A stretch of 64,000 nucleotides of DNA from Hypanus sabinus (lineage: Eukaryota): NCBI RefSeq assembly GCF_030144855.1, contig NC_082720.1:76074001-76138000 (forward strand). Direction: 5' to 3'. The notes under the pieces are model-generated. The model ran no database searches, had not been told where the DNA came from, and worked only from the letters and a program-made list of their open reading frames with translations. A program made the position numbers and the translations under genes. Shown in pieces: positions 12,646 through 25,199 of the stretch (position 1 is its first letter; the number at the start of each line of letters is the position of its first letter).

Positions 12646-13109
12646 ACATTCCAGCCAATGATGTAATATTTGAAGTTACGGCTATAGCTGAGGCCCCACA
12701 GCTGTCAATGGTAATGATCTAGATATTCCAAGTCTTAAATTGTATATGATCAGTATAGGAGTTTAAGAAAATACTATCACTGGATGTTTGTGAAGGTTGT
12801 CACTTCCTGTACATGGTGTGCTCATCCATTACAAAGCCCAACCAGAAGCAATGACCCTCAGTTGAATACAACACACACAGGGTTGTTGGATTGTTAATGA
12901 TCACCTGGTCATTAACACCCCTAACCCTTCATTCACTCCTACCCCCAAGTGTACACTCAGACAGAAGTCCCAACCCACACCCACAACGATGCACCAATTC
13001 TTCCTTTTCCTAACCCTGGATTTTTTCCTTGTAACCAGGTGACCGTTGAATATTACTTTTTATTGTTAAAGTGTACTTCTGTATTTTTCCTGGCAATGTT
13101 AAAATAGCT

Positions 13110-13761
13110 GCCTGTGGCTTTAAGAAAAAATTGGCCTTTATAAATCAAAGTATTGAGTATAAGAGTGGAATGTAACAGTGAGGTTATATAAGAAATTGGT
13201 GAGACCGAATTTGGAGTATTGTGTGCAGTTTTGGTCACCTAATTACAGGAAGGTTATTAATCAGGTTGAAAGAGTGAAGAGAAGGTTTACAAGGATGTTG
13301 CCGGGACTTGAGAAACTGAGTTACAGAGAAAGGTTGAATAGGTTAGGACTTTATTCCCTGGAGCATAGGAGAATGAGGGGTAATTTGATAGAGGTGTATA
13401 AAATTATGATGGGTATAGATAGAGTGAATGCAAGCAGGCTTTTTCCACTGAGGCCAGGGGAGAAAAAAACCAGAGGACATGGGTTAAGGGTGAAGGGGGA
13501 AAAGTTTAAAGGGAACATTGGGGCAGGGGATTCTTCATGCAGAGAGTGGTGAGAGTGTGGAATGAGCTGCCAGATGAAGTGGTGAATGTGGCCTCACTTT
13601 TGACGTTTAAGAAAAACTTGGACAGGTATACGGATGAGAGGGGTTTGGAGGGATATGGCCCAGGTCAACATCAACATCAGTGGGACTAGGCAGAAAAATG
13701 GTTCGGCACAGCCAAGAAGGTCCAAAAGGCCTGTTTCTATGCTGTAATGTTCTATGGTTCT
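13110..13761 (+). mobile_element. CR1/HER1-like LINE 3' end, relatively young
   Basis: ORF 13178-13552 reads RLYKKLVRPNLEYCVQFWSP...RRFTRMLPGL..LSYRERLNRLGLYSLEHRRMRG. Typical 3' tail ...ctgtttctatgctgtaatgttctatggttct. Confidence 0.92.
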
Positions 13762-13857
13762 GAAAAACAATGACTTCATTACAGTATTCATGTGTACTGT
13801 AGAAAGAACAGTTACAATGTTCTAGAAAGAACATCAAGACTAGTCATGTGGTGAGGA

Positions 13858-14464
13858 AACAGACAGACATACTTTATTGATCCAGAGGGAAATTGGGTTT
13901 CGTTACAGCCGCACCAACCAAGAATAGTGAAGAAATATAGCAATATAAAACCATAAATAATTAAATAATAATAAGTTAATCATGCAAAGTGGAAATAAGT
14001 CCAGGACCAGCCTAATGGCCCAGGGTGTCTGACACTCTGAGGGAGGAGTTGCAAAGTTTGATGGCCACAGGCAGGAATGACTTCCTATGACGCTCAGTGT
14101 TGCAACTCGGTGGAATGAGTCTCTGGCTGAATGTACTCCTGTGCCTAAACAGTACATTATGGAGTGGATGGGAGTCATTGTCCAAGATGGCATGCAACTT
14201 GGACAGCATCCTCTTTTCAGACACCACCATCAGAGAATCCAGCTCCACCCTCACAACATCACTGGCCTTACAAATGAGTTTGTTGATTCTGTTGGTGTCT
14301 GCTACCCTCAGCCTGCTGCCCCAGCACACAACAGCAAACATGATAGCACTGGCCACCACAGCCTCGTAGAACATCCTCAGCATTGTCCGGCAGATGTTAA
14401 AGGACCTCAGTCTCCTCAGGAAATAGAGACGGCTCTGACCCTTCTTGTAGACAGCCTCAGTGTT
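13858..14464 (-). mobile_element. Rex1/Babar LINE 3' end (ORF C-terminus + UTR)
   Basis: NTEAVYKKGQSRLYFLRRLRSFN...MFYEAVVASAIMFAVVCWG...HPLH...TERHRKSFLPVAIKL, followed by aataaagtatgtctgtctgt tail. Confidence 0.9.
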
Positions 14465-15809
14465 AATGATGTTGATGTTGAAAGATGAATAATACTGGAT
14501 AATATCCATGTAAATTCATTTATACTTGTTTGTAAATCTAGAATATCAGTAATTTGACATGTTTTACATGTGAGTGCTTTAGGTTTTTGTGAGTAAGGAA
14601 TCAGCATTGGATTGTGTGGTTGTGTGAAGTTCCTTATCGGCCTAGTAGGTTAGACCTTCTGATAATTTAACTACAAGGCAATATATTGTAAAGGTTTTTG
14701 TAAAAGTTTATTTTTGTCTTAACTTATTGTTTTATGACTCAATGTGAATGTAACAGTGATGTGAATGTGTTAACCTCTGTTCATTATGCGTGAGCGAGCA
14801 GAACTCACTTCAAGCTCCAGCTTATATGTGTTTGGAAGCTAAGCATGTGTGTGTGCCAAAGTGAGTATATCTCTTAGTTAAGATGGAATGTATTTATTCA
14901 TAGTTTTGATGTTGTGTATAAGGTACAGGGTTGTTGGGATTCTAATGTTGTTTGTACTTTCTTTTAAGAATTACCACCACTGTAGTGGTTCTGTATATTT
15001 TGTTTTATTACTTTCATACTGCCTACGTAGCTAGTCGACACACAAGTGTGTGAACTGAAATTATGCTGAGATTGTAACAGCAGGAACAGTGTTTTTTAAA
15101 AATTCATTTTGTTTTTCTTTATTTTGATATCAACTTTCTACATTAAAGCATATAAAATAGATAAAGGTATTAAAGACCCAAAAAAGTATTTGTTCTTCCC
15201 CAGGCTACAAAATTCTCATCAACCAGCTGCACAATCCATCATCTGCTGGACCTGCCACACCCACCGTTTTCAATGGCAGAACAAACAGTGGAATGTTCTT
15301 TATGGGCTCAATTGTTAAGGCACATGACATTAGTGCATATGATGAGTAGAACATGATATAAATTTGCACTTGGGTTTTTGCATATAACATGCACTGGGTT
15401 GAACAAAACATGGATAATCCCATGGGGATTTTAACATCTATGGGCAGATGCTATTTCACCACCAACACCTCATCTACGGTAGATTTCAAAGACCTTGAGT
15501 AATGACAGGCAGAAATAAACTGGGTTACATAAAATTACTAAAATTACTGAACAAAATCAGGCTATTAAATGATGCTGTGGCACAAGATAACATGCATTGT
15601 GTCACATGCAAATCAATGTTTATTCTTTCAAGGTGAGGAAAACTAAACAGGTCAAGTGTGAAACTTTCAATGAGTGAGAGGAAGCTGTGCGTCTGGAGCA
15701 CACTATCCTCGGGACACTGCGGCACCAGATCCTACTGTGAGGACATGAGCACAAAATGTGGGCCAAGGTTCCAGGCTTGTACAGAGGGGTGCTGACAATC
15801 AAAGTATTC

Positions 15810-16054
15810 CACAACCTTTGGACTCACTTTCAAGGATTCTACAACTCATACTCTCATTGTTATTATTCACTTTTTTTTTGCATTTGCACATTTTGTCATC
15901 TTTTGTGCGTTGGTTGTTTGTCTATCTTTGCGTGTAATTTTTCATTGATTCTATTGTATTTTGTTTTTCTACTGTGAATACCTGCAGGAAAATTAATCTC
16001 AGGGTAGTATATGAAGACATATATGTACTCTGAAAATAAATTTATTTGAACTTT
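15810..16054 (+). mobile_element. Rex1-type 3' UTR fragment
   Basis: acaacctttggactcactttcaagga...aatctcagggtagtatatg...tttgaacttt matches 23910-24505. Confidence 0.7.
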
Positions 16055-16439
16055 TAAATATAGGCTGAGAAATTGTTACCCCCTGTATGTTCTGTGGCAA
16101 TATGTGTGTTACACTGCCAATGAAGTCTTTGATTGCAACGTTGATATTGTTGTTTCATGTTTTCTTCTGTGTGTGTTGCAAGTGATGCTATTTGAGGGTT
16201 GGGGAGGAACCTTAATGATTGCCCTTGGATCCAGCATTATTTGGTTCTCCTGGGGCAACCACTTTCTCCCAACTCACCATCCACAATTATTGGCTGACTG
16301 ATGTTTGGCTTGATTTTTCTTCCCACCCACTCTGCTGCTCCATGGCATATGATCGCATCTCTTTCTCTACTCCTACCCTTAAACTAATCACAGACCAGAA
16401 ACTGTGCACTCTTCAGCCTCCCCCCCCCCCCCACCCCAT

Positions 16440-17025
16440 CCTCAGTTTGGAGGAACAACACCTTATACTCCAACTAGGTTGCTTCCAACTTGATGACAGG
16501 AGCATCAGTTTCCAGGACATCTCCAAGGAATGGTGCCCATCATTAGGAACCCAAATTACCCAGGAAGTGCCCTATTGTCTCCCCTACCCTTTTCTCTTTT
16601 TCCATCCCCCATTCTTACTCCCCTCTTACCCTTTCTCCTCACCTGCCTATCATGTCACTCTACTGCCCCTCCTTTGTCCTTTTCCCCCATAGTCCACTCT
16701 CCTCTCCCATCAGATTTTTCCTTCATCTATTTATCCTTTCTATCTGTCACCTCCAGGCTTTTCACTGCATCCCACTTCTGCCACCAGTCTCCCTTTCCCA
16801 TCACCTGGTTTTGTCTTTCACCTTCTAGCATGTACACCTCCCCCCATTCCCCCAACCTCTTATTCAAGCTTCGCCCCTCTTCTTTTCTCGTTTTGAGAAG
16901 AGTCTCAGACTAAAACAATGACGCTTGATTCATTTCCATCGATGCTGCCTGACTTGCTGAGCTCCTCCAATACTTTGGCTTTGTTACTCTGGATGTTCAA
17001 CATCTGCAGAATCTCTTGTGTTTAT
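16440..17025 (+). mobile_element. Penelope-like element 3' end, degenerate
   Basis: LEEQHLILQLGCFQ (GIY-YIG C-terminus), a pyrimidine-rich UTR and the terminal gatgctgcctgacttgctgagctcctcca...atctgcagaatctcttgtgttt. Confidence 0.75.
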
Positions 17026-17842
17026 GAATAAGTGGTGATTTGGGCCTTTTCTAATCTGACTCTAAACCCAGATTTCAACCAGTCAACCAAATAACACAGC
17101 CCCATTCTAGGAAATATGAAATTCTCTGAGACCTTGGTTTATAGGGATGTATGCTTGTCGGTAATGACATCATCCTACACCCTAGATTTGTCCATTTCTC
17201 ATTTGAACACAAAGTGATTAACTGTAAATATTATGTATATCCTTAAAATGCTGAAAGGCAATGATAATGCATAGAAGGAAGATTATTAAATCAAAATTGC
17301 CAGTAAAATGACATCACTACAAAATTAGTAAAGCTCAAGCAAGGTTACAGATAAAACAAGATGTTTTCCCATTGAGCAAATGCCGAACAAATGTAGTTAG
17401 TACACCATGTTACTTTATGGCTTTGAATACAAGTTAGAGACATATCTGGTTTGTAAAAGACTTGTGTTTAAAAAGTTACAAATGCAGAAAAGTGATCAAA
17501 TACTGTAAAAAAAATGTAACCTCCATTTCTTTTGGGTACATTGACGTTATCTATGGAACGTGGCAACACAGACTGAAAGATTAATGGCACAGGATTTAAA
17601 AAAAAATTATATAAAGTCTTTAATGTGCAATTCTTCTCTTACTCTAAAGACAGATTTATTTCTCTTGGATATCTCATCATATTAGTTTTCTCTCAGTGTT
17701 CAATCCTTGAAAGATGCAAGGACAGTCCATGAAGGTGCAAGTTAAACAGCCCTCAATTGTTCATCTAGCCTTTCTGATTACGTTGTTGTTCTCACAAATA
17801 GAAGTCAATAATTATGCATTCATAGGAAACAAACATACCGTT

Positions 17843-19195
17843 CTGCCCAAAGAAGGACAGGATGAGCTGCCTCAATGATTATTGCCCAGTTGCACTCACA
17901 TCTACTGTGATTAAATACTTTGAGAGGTTGGCCATGGGCAAAATTAACTCTTTCCTAAGCAAGGACCCAGACCCACTGCAATTTGCCCATTGCCACAATA
18001 GATCTACAGCAGATGCTATCTCACCAGCTCATTACTTGGCCTTCGATTATCTGGGCCTATTCCAGGCTGTTATTTTCTCAATGTTCAACAGCATAATCCC
18101 ATCAGGACTAATCAATAAGCTCCAAAACTTGGGCCTCTGTACCTTTCTCTGCAACTGGTTCCTTGACTGCCATATCTGGAGACCACAGTGAGTGGGGATT
18201 GGAAATAACATCTCCTCACTGACAGTCAGCACTGGCATACCTCAACAGTATGTGCTTAGCTCACTGCTGTACTCTCTCTACACCCACAAATGTGTGGCTA
18301 GGCACAGCTCAGATGCCATCTATAAATTTGCTGACGAAAACTATTGTTGGGAAACTTTCAGATGATGACAAGGAGGCGTAAAGGAGTGAGCTAGATCAGC
18401 TGATTGAGTGGTGTTGTAACAACAACCTTGCACTTAATGTCAGAAAGGCCAAGGAGCTGATTATGGAATACAGGAAGGGCAAATGAATGGAACACGTTAA
18501 AGGGAAGTGAATGGAACACAGGAAGGGGAAATGAATGGAATACACACAAGTCCTCATCGAAGAATCAACAGTGCAAAGGGTGAGCAGCTTTAAGTTCCTG
18601 GATCTTTGAGAATCTATCCCGGGCCCAACATATTGATGTAATTATAAAGAAAGCTCAACAGTGGCTATATTTCATCAGGAGTTTACAGAGACTTAAGAAA
18701 GCAAATTTCTAACTCATTGCATCACAGTCCGATATGAAGGGGTGACTGCACAGGACCAGAAAAAAACTGAAGTTATGAACTCAACCAGCTCCATCATGGA
18801 CACTGGACTCCCCAGCATCTACGATGCCTTTAAAGGCAATACCTCAAAAAGGTAGCATCCATTATTAAGGCCCTCCATCATCCAGGACATGTCCTCTTCT
18901 CATGGTTACCATCATGGCACAGGAGCCTGAAGACATACACTCAATGTTTTAGGAATAGCTTCTTACCCTTTCCCATCAGATTTCTGAATGGACAGTGAAC
19001 ACATGTAAACTCAAAACACTACCTTAATAATTTTTTGCTCTCTTTTTGCACTACTTATTTATATTTAATTTAAAAATATATACATTTTATTGAAATATAT
19101 AATTTTAAAAATAATTATTATGTATTGCACTGTACTGTTGCTGCAAAACAACACATTTCATGACATATGCCAGTGATATTAAACCTGATTCTGGA
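17843..19195 (+). mobile_element. Rex1/Babar LINE (RT to 3' tail), degraded
   Basis: SCLNDYCPVALTSTVIKYFERL, DPLQFAH and YKFADE. Ends aaacctgattctg. Contains a small ~24-bp x3 internal tandem duplication at ~18466-18545. Confidence 0.9.
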
Positions 19196-20072
19196 TCAAT
19201 ACTCCATTCTTGCAAATCACATAATAATCACAATCACACTGGCCTCCATTTTCTAAAAACTTTTCTTGGTATATTTGAGAATAAATTTTATGCCCCACAA
19301 AGTATCAAAAATTAGTATATGTTGTCTCAAGTGCAGAGAATGACATGAATGAACATCACATTGTTGTGAATTCCCATGAACCTTTAAACATGAAGGTACT
19401 GACAACTTACTCACGGATGGAATCTGGCATCAGCAAACCTCCCTGGAGGAGAGAATAATAGCTAGAAGGGGAAGAGTTTTCCAGAAGTTGTCAGTGAGAA
19501 AATCAAGAGAGCAGTGAAGAAAGCATACAGAGATGAATTCTCTTTGCTTCACTATGGCAACAGGGCATACAATAAAGTCAAGCTGAACTCCAAGCATCAT
19601 TCTAGAGATTAACCATCTTTGTACAATTGTTGCCAGCCTGTAAAAATCAATGATGAGGCCTTTGGATCCATCCAAGCACATTCTAGTATCTTGCTGCATC
19701 AAACCAATCCCATGTGGCAATGCTTCAACAATAGCATACTGAAGTAATAATCTCTTATTGCTATTTTCTACAATAAAACCTTAGTAGGTTTTGACAACTT
19801 GTGGCATAATGTACACTTAATTATTTGTTAATGTGTGGAAAATGATGTTTGACCAAAATCAAATATGATCAATAGTTCAAAATATGCATAATCAGTAATT
19901 GCTTCCATTTGAAAATCCGAATTTGTTTCTAACAGTTCTTTACCCTTCCCCTTCACTTACATGATGATCTTAGAAAGATCTTTATAGATGCTTCAGTTCA
20001 TGATGAAAGTACACTCATGATTCAAGAATTGACTTCGGGCAAATAACTTCTTCCATATATTTACTGTATATA

Positions 20073-20139
20073 CAGTACTGTGCAAAAGTCTTAGGCACCT
20101 ATATACAGCTGGGGTCCCCAAGACTTTTGCACAGTACTG
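20073..20139. mobile_element. Mini-MITE (Tc1/mariner type, TA-flanked)
   Basis: TA-cagtactgtgcaaaagtctt...aagacttttgcacagtactg-TA, with a perfect 20-bp TIR. Confidence 0.85.
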
Positions 20140-20562
20140 TAGTGATTTTATGTATTGCGCTGTACTACTGCACGCCCCCCACCCCAAGAAAAACACAATT
20201 CATGACATATGTGAGTGATGGCGAACCTCATTCTGATATTGACTCTATTATGGACTGAGAGTGGGAAGGGGGTGGGGAGAGGGTAATCATGGCTGGGAAA
20301 AGAGGAAGGGAGAGGGGAGTGAGAGAGAAGCATCAGAGAGAAATTTTGTAATGATCAATAAACCAATTGTTTGGAATCAAATGATCTTCACTGGTTCCTC
20401 GGGATTGCATGGGTATACACCCATGCCAATTCCCACCCCTGCACATGGCACTCCTTCTCTGCCACCTGGCCCACATCCCTCCCATCATGCTCCACATCAT
20501 TCCAAACATCTTTTGCTCCAGCCAGATTTACAAACTCAGTCTCTGGTCCACAATGACAAATA

Positions 20563-20625
20563 TAGTACTATGCAAAAGTCTTAGGTACCCCAGCAAAATG
20601 TCCCTAAGACTTTTATACAGTACTG
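20563..20625. mobile_element. Second mini-MITE copy (Tc1/mariner type, TA-flanked)
   Basis: TA-tagtactatgcaaaagtcttagg...cctaagacttttatacagtactg-TA. Confidence 0.8.
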
Positions 20626-21137
20626 TAACATGTCTCCAATACAATCTGAACTAGTCTCTGGAAAAGGTCAGACCTGAAGTCTGGCCCAGGGCCACTACTC
20701 GTTACAGGATAGAAAAAGTAACATAGTTAATCTAAACTTCTGCAAACATGTGGACACATTTCCCCAAGGAAACATTCCAGTACTTCCTTTACACAAATGA
20801 TTAAAATCACTACAATAAGCACTCTTTAATCCAGCCATTAGATCTTTGGATTGTTATTTCCTATGTTCCTATGTGAATGACCTTTACAATTTTACTGCTC
20901 TCAAGAATATTCCCATTAATTCCCTTGCCACAGACAAAAGGTTGTCTATACTTGGATCTAAGGGTAGCATTCACACATCTTTTTAATTTGCCGTTCCTTT
21001 CTTCTTCTGAACTAGGTCTCTCTGCTGAGGGAAATGATGTTCCGGCAGAATCAGAAGAGCTTTTACTCACAACAAAACAGTTCCCTCTGGAGAAATTCGT
21101 GCATGGTTGCTCTTGGAAACATACAGTACATCCCTGA

Positions 21138-21703
21138 TCCATAAGACAAAGGAGCCGATTTTTAACATTTGGCCCATCTAGTCTGCTCTGCCTTTCCATC
21201 ATGGCTCCTTTATTATCTCTTTCAACCCCATTCTCCTGCCTTCTCCCAGCAACCTTTGACACTATTACTAATCGAGGACCTATCAATCTTCATTTGAAAT
21301 ATACTCAATGACGTGGCCTCCACAGCATTTGTGGCAATGAATTACACAGATTCACCACTCTCTGGCTAAAGAAATTTCTCCTCATTTCTGTTTTAAAGCA
21401 ATATTCTTCTATTCTGAAGCAGTGCTTCCAGTCCTAGACTCCCCCACTATAGGAAACATCTTTTCCATGTCCATTCTTTCTAGGACTTACTATATGTGAT
21501 AGGTTTCAATGAGATCCCCACTCATTCTTCTAAATTCCAGTAAGTACAGGTCCAGAACCATCATCACTCCTCATATGTTAATCCCTGGGATAATTCTTGT
21601 GAACCCCCTTTGGACCCTTTCCAATGCCACCACATCTTTTCTTTGGTAAGGTGCACAAAACTGCTCACAATATTCCAAGTGTGGTTTGACCAATGCCTTA
21701 TAA
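21138..21703 (-). mobile_element. CR1-like LINE 3' end
   Basis: LYKALVKPHLEYCEQFCAPYQRKDVVALERVQRGFTRIIPG on the - strand, plus CR1 3' UTR. Confidence 0.88.
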
Positions 21704-22867
21704 AGAAAATTACATGCAATTACATGAATATTACATGCAAGTATGGGTTGCAGTAACCACAAAACTAAATTAAGATATAAAATTCTTGGAATTTGGTCAG
21801 GGAACATCTTTGGGAGAGAGTTTCTGTTTGGTCACTGATCTTTCATCAGATTTCCATCTTTTTCCACCGCAAATGCTATACAACTTGAGTATTGACAAAA
21901 TACGCCATTATTTCACATAGTCTGCAACCACACTCCTTTGCCATTGCATGTGCACCTGTTATAGGGAGTCAACAATCTGTTAAGAATTTTGTCTATAAAG
22001 CTCTCCTTGGTTGTTTAAATTCAAGCTCCATGATCAGAGAGAAGAAATGAAATATTAACGTGATCGACCAGGTACAAGCAGGAAGCACATTATTTTAAAT
22101 GTTAGCATTACCGTGCTACGATTAAAACTCAAATCCTACTTGACCTGTTATTAGCATCATTCACTTCGACCTGCTGCTCCTCTGGCAGGAAGTACTACTG
22201 TGGTGTGCAATTCTCAATGGCTTTACAAAATCATATAAGCAGCAACTCTCCATCATATTCGTTACATTAGTCATTGAGCAGTAAAGGTCCAATTAAGGAG
22301 TAGAGGGGAGAGAAAGCCTAGACACCAGTGAAGAAAAAAGAAAGGGAAGGAGATAAAGAACGTGTTTCTGTGGAGGAAACAAGAAGTCCTGAGTGATTTT
22401 GAGAGTCTTAATCATTGTGGAAAAAGTAGCCTAATATAACAAACCATTGACTGTTGTAATCAAAGCCTATTTAATTCCAGCCCAAGGAAAATGTACAGAG
22501 AATTATTGAACAAAAAGTACATAGTTGGCATCTGAAAACAAAACATTTCATCTGGAGAGAGAAAGTTGTCAATCATACTATTAGTGTACATCAGTTTGCA
22601 ATTGCTTCGAAGTTTAATTTTCTGGACATTTAGTTTGTATTGCCTTTTGTAAGTTTTATTGATGTTTGGCAAATTTAGGCATCAGCAGTTATTTAAAAAA
22701 ACTACAGTGAAAGGATATGCCAATTTCAGTCTCAAAGCATAATTAAACTCTAATCAGTAATATTAACACTACATACATTTCAAATCACATACATAATTAA
22801 AATGAAATCAGTAATATTGATACTTCATACATTTCAAATACTGAATCCAATGATTTCACTCTCTGAG

Positions 22868-24505
22868 GCCAAGAACTAAAGATCTGCTGATCAACTGGCT
22901 GGAGTGCTCACTGAGATCTTTAATCTTTCACTTTGGCAGTCTGAGAACTTCAAGCAGGTTTCAATTATACCAGAGCACAGTCAATTTGGATTGGCCATAA
23001 TATCTCTTCCACAATCTCCATTAGCATAGGTGCACCACAAGGCTCTGTGGATAGCTCCCTGCTCTACTTACTTTACACTAATGACAATGTGGTTAAGCCC
23101 AACTCCAATGCCATATTCAAGTTTGCTGACAACACCATCGTAACAGGCTGAATCAAAGATGGTGATGAATCAGCATATAAGAAGAAGATTGAAAATCTGG
23201 TTGAGTGGTGCCACAACAATCTTACTCAATGGCAGCAAGACCGGAAGAGTTAATTATTGGATACAGGAAACCTGAGGTCCATGAGCCAGCCCTCAATAAT
23301 ATAAAATTTCATGTGTGAAAATCTTGTACTTCCTTCTGTTGTAATCAAAGCCCATTTAATTGCATCCCAAGGAAAATGTACAGGCAATCAGAGGTGGAGA
23401 AGGTCAGCGACCTTCCTCAGTGTTATTATTTCCGAGGACCGGCCCAGGGCCCAGGATGCAAGTGAAATTATGAAGAAAGTACAGTATTACAGCCAGATTC
23501 TTGGGAGTCTGCAAAGATTTGACATGACATCTAAAACTTCAGCAAACTTCTATCGATGTGTGGTGGAGAGTATATTGACTGTCTGCATTGCAGCCAGGTA
23601 TGGAAACACCAATGCCCTTGAATAGAAAATCCTACAAAAATGAGTGGATATGGTCCAGTCCATCATAAGTAATATCCTTCCTACCACTGAGCACATCTAC
23701 ACAGAGTGTTCTTGCAGGAAAGCAGCACCATCATCAGGGACCACCCATGCCATAATCATTTTTCACTGTTGTCATCATGAAGGTGGTACAGGAGTCTCAG
23801 GACTCACACCACCAGTTTCAGAAACAGTTATTACCCCTCAAACATCAGGCTCTTGAACCAAAGGGGATAACTTCACTCAACTTCACTTGCCCCATCATTG
23901 AAATGTTCCCACAACCTATGGACTCACTTTCAAGGACTCTTTATCTCACGTTCTCAATATTTACTGCTTATTTATTTATTATTATTTCTTCCTTTCTTTT
24001 TGTATTTGCACAGTTTGTTGCCTCTTTTGCTCAGTGGTTGAATGCCCAAGTTGGTGTGGCCACTTATTGCTTCTATATGGTGATTATTCTATGGATATAT
24101 TGAGTATGCCCACAAGAAAATAAATCTCAGGATTGTGGTGGTGGCAACCGTCGGTCTCGAGGGACCATGGATCTGCGCCTGGAGGTTCCAGGGCGCAGCC
24201 CTGGGCAGGGCTGTATGGAAGACCGGCAGTTGCCCAAGCTGCAGGCCTTCCCCTCTCCACACCACCGATGTTGTCCAAGGGAAGGGCACTAGGACCCTGC
24301 AGCTTGGCACCGGTGTCGTTGCAGAGCAATGTGTTGTTAAGTGCCTTGCTGAAGGACACAAACACGCTGCCTCAGCTGAGGCTCAAACCAGTGACCTTCA
24401 GGTTACTAGTCTTATGCCTTGCCCACTAGGCCATGTGCCAACACAGGATTGTATATGGTGACATATATGTACTTTGATAATAAATTTACTTTGAACTTGA
24501 ACTTT
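22868..24505 (+). mobile_element. Rex1/Babar LINE with internal deletions; interrupted by a SINE (24137-24443) and a ~90-bp templated insert (~23296-23385)
   Basis: LKICADQLAGV-like start, GAPQGSV, FKFADNT and NFYRCVVESILT. 3' UTR ends tttactttgaacttgaacttt. Confidence 0.88.
24137..24443 (-). mobile_element. tRNA-derived SINE with CORE-like middle and RTE-like tail; 9-bp TSD
   Basis: On the - strand: A box tggcctagtgg, B box-like ggtttgagcc, CORE-like tgtgtccttcagcaaggcacttaac, and an (acc)n tail. TSD caggattgt at 24128-24136 and 24444-24452. Confidence 0.88.
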
Positions 24506-24574
24506 TAAAACACTTGCCTCCATTTACTAGGCCATCACTTTCCTTTCACATAAGCAATAGGATTACTCATGTCA

Positions 24575-25199
24575 GGATCAGAATCAGGTTTAATATCTCT
24601 GGCATGTGTTGTGAAATTTGTTAACTTTGCAGCAGCAGTTCAATGCAGTGAATGATAATATAGAAAATTTAATATATAATAGCTAAATTAAAAATTGTGC
24701 AAAAACAGAAATAATAAGTGATGTAATGTTCATGGGTTCAATATCCATTTAGGAAACGGATGGCAGAGGGGAAGAAGCTGTTCCTGAATCACTGAGTGTG
24801 TGCCTTCAGGCTTCTATACCTCCGTCCCGATGGTAACAATGAGAAGAGGGCACCTCCTGGCTGTTAGGGGTCTTTAACAATGGACGTCGCCTTTCTGAGG
24901 CACCGCTCCTTGAAGATGTGTTGATACTACGGAGGCTAGTACCTAAGATGAAGCTGACTAATTTTACAACTTTCTGTAGCTTCTTTTGGTCCTGTGCAGT
25001 AGACCCCCCCCCACCCTCCCAACCCATACCAGACAGTGATGCAGTCTGTCCAAATGCTCTCCACAGTATATCTGTAGAAATTTGAGTGTTTTAGGTGACA
25101 AACCAAATTTCCTCAAACATCTAATGAAATATAGCCACTGTTTTGCCTTCTTTATAGCTGCAACAATATGTTGAGACCAGGTTAGATCCTCAGAGATCT
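24575..25199 (-). mobile_element. Rex1/Babar LINE 3' end
   Basis: Same family as 7311-7940 (atcagaatcaggttta... gcagaggggaagaagctgttcctgaatcactga). Confidence 0.88.

Larger units (their letters stand above)
11741..12885. repeat. Old local direct duplication (~300 bp): 11741-12037 and 12488-12885
   Basis: Shared collinear blocks ctttaaggacat, ttccagccaa, agtttaagaaaatactatcactg, gtgaaggttgt, tacatggtgtgctca, gaagcaatgac, gttgaatacaa and cacacagggttg. Copy 2 carries a PLE-terminal insert at ~12524-12645. Confidence 0.85.

Noticed and set aside
16219-16913. 157-aa and 127-aa ORFs
   Set aside because: Low-complexity Pro/Ser/Leu/Phe translations of the pyrimidine-rich PLE UTR, apart from a short GIY-YIG C-terminal remnant.
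19430-19768. ~110-codon open frame on the - strand
   Set aside because: It stops before the nearby donor site and shows no recognisable protein similarity. Length is within chance expectation.
20861-21286. 141-aa - strand ORF as a host gene exon
   Set aside because: The first third is CR1 3' UTR and the rest has no recognisable domain or convincing splice boundaries.
22738-22839. 54-bp x2 tandem duplication
   Set aside because: Real, but an ordinary AT-rich slippage duplication.
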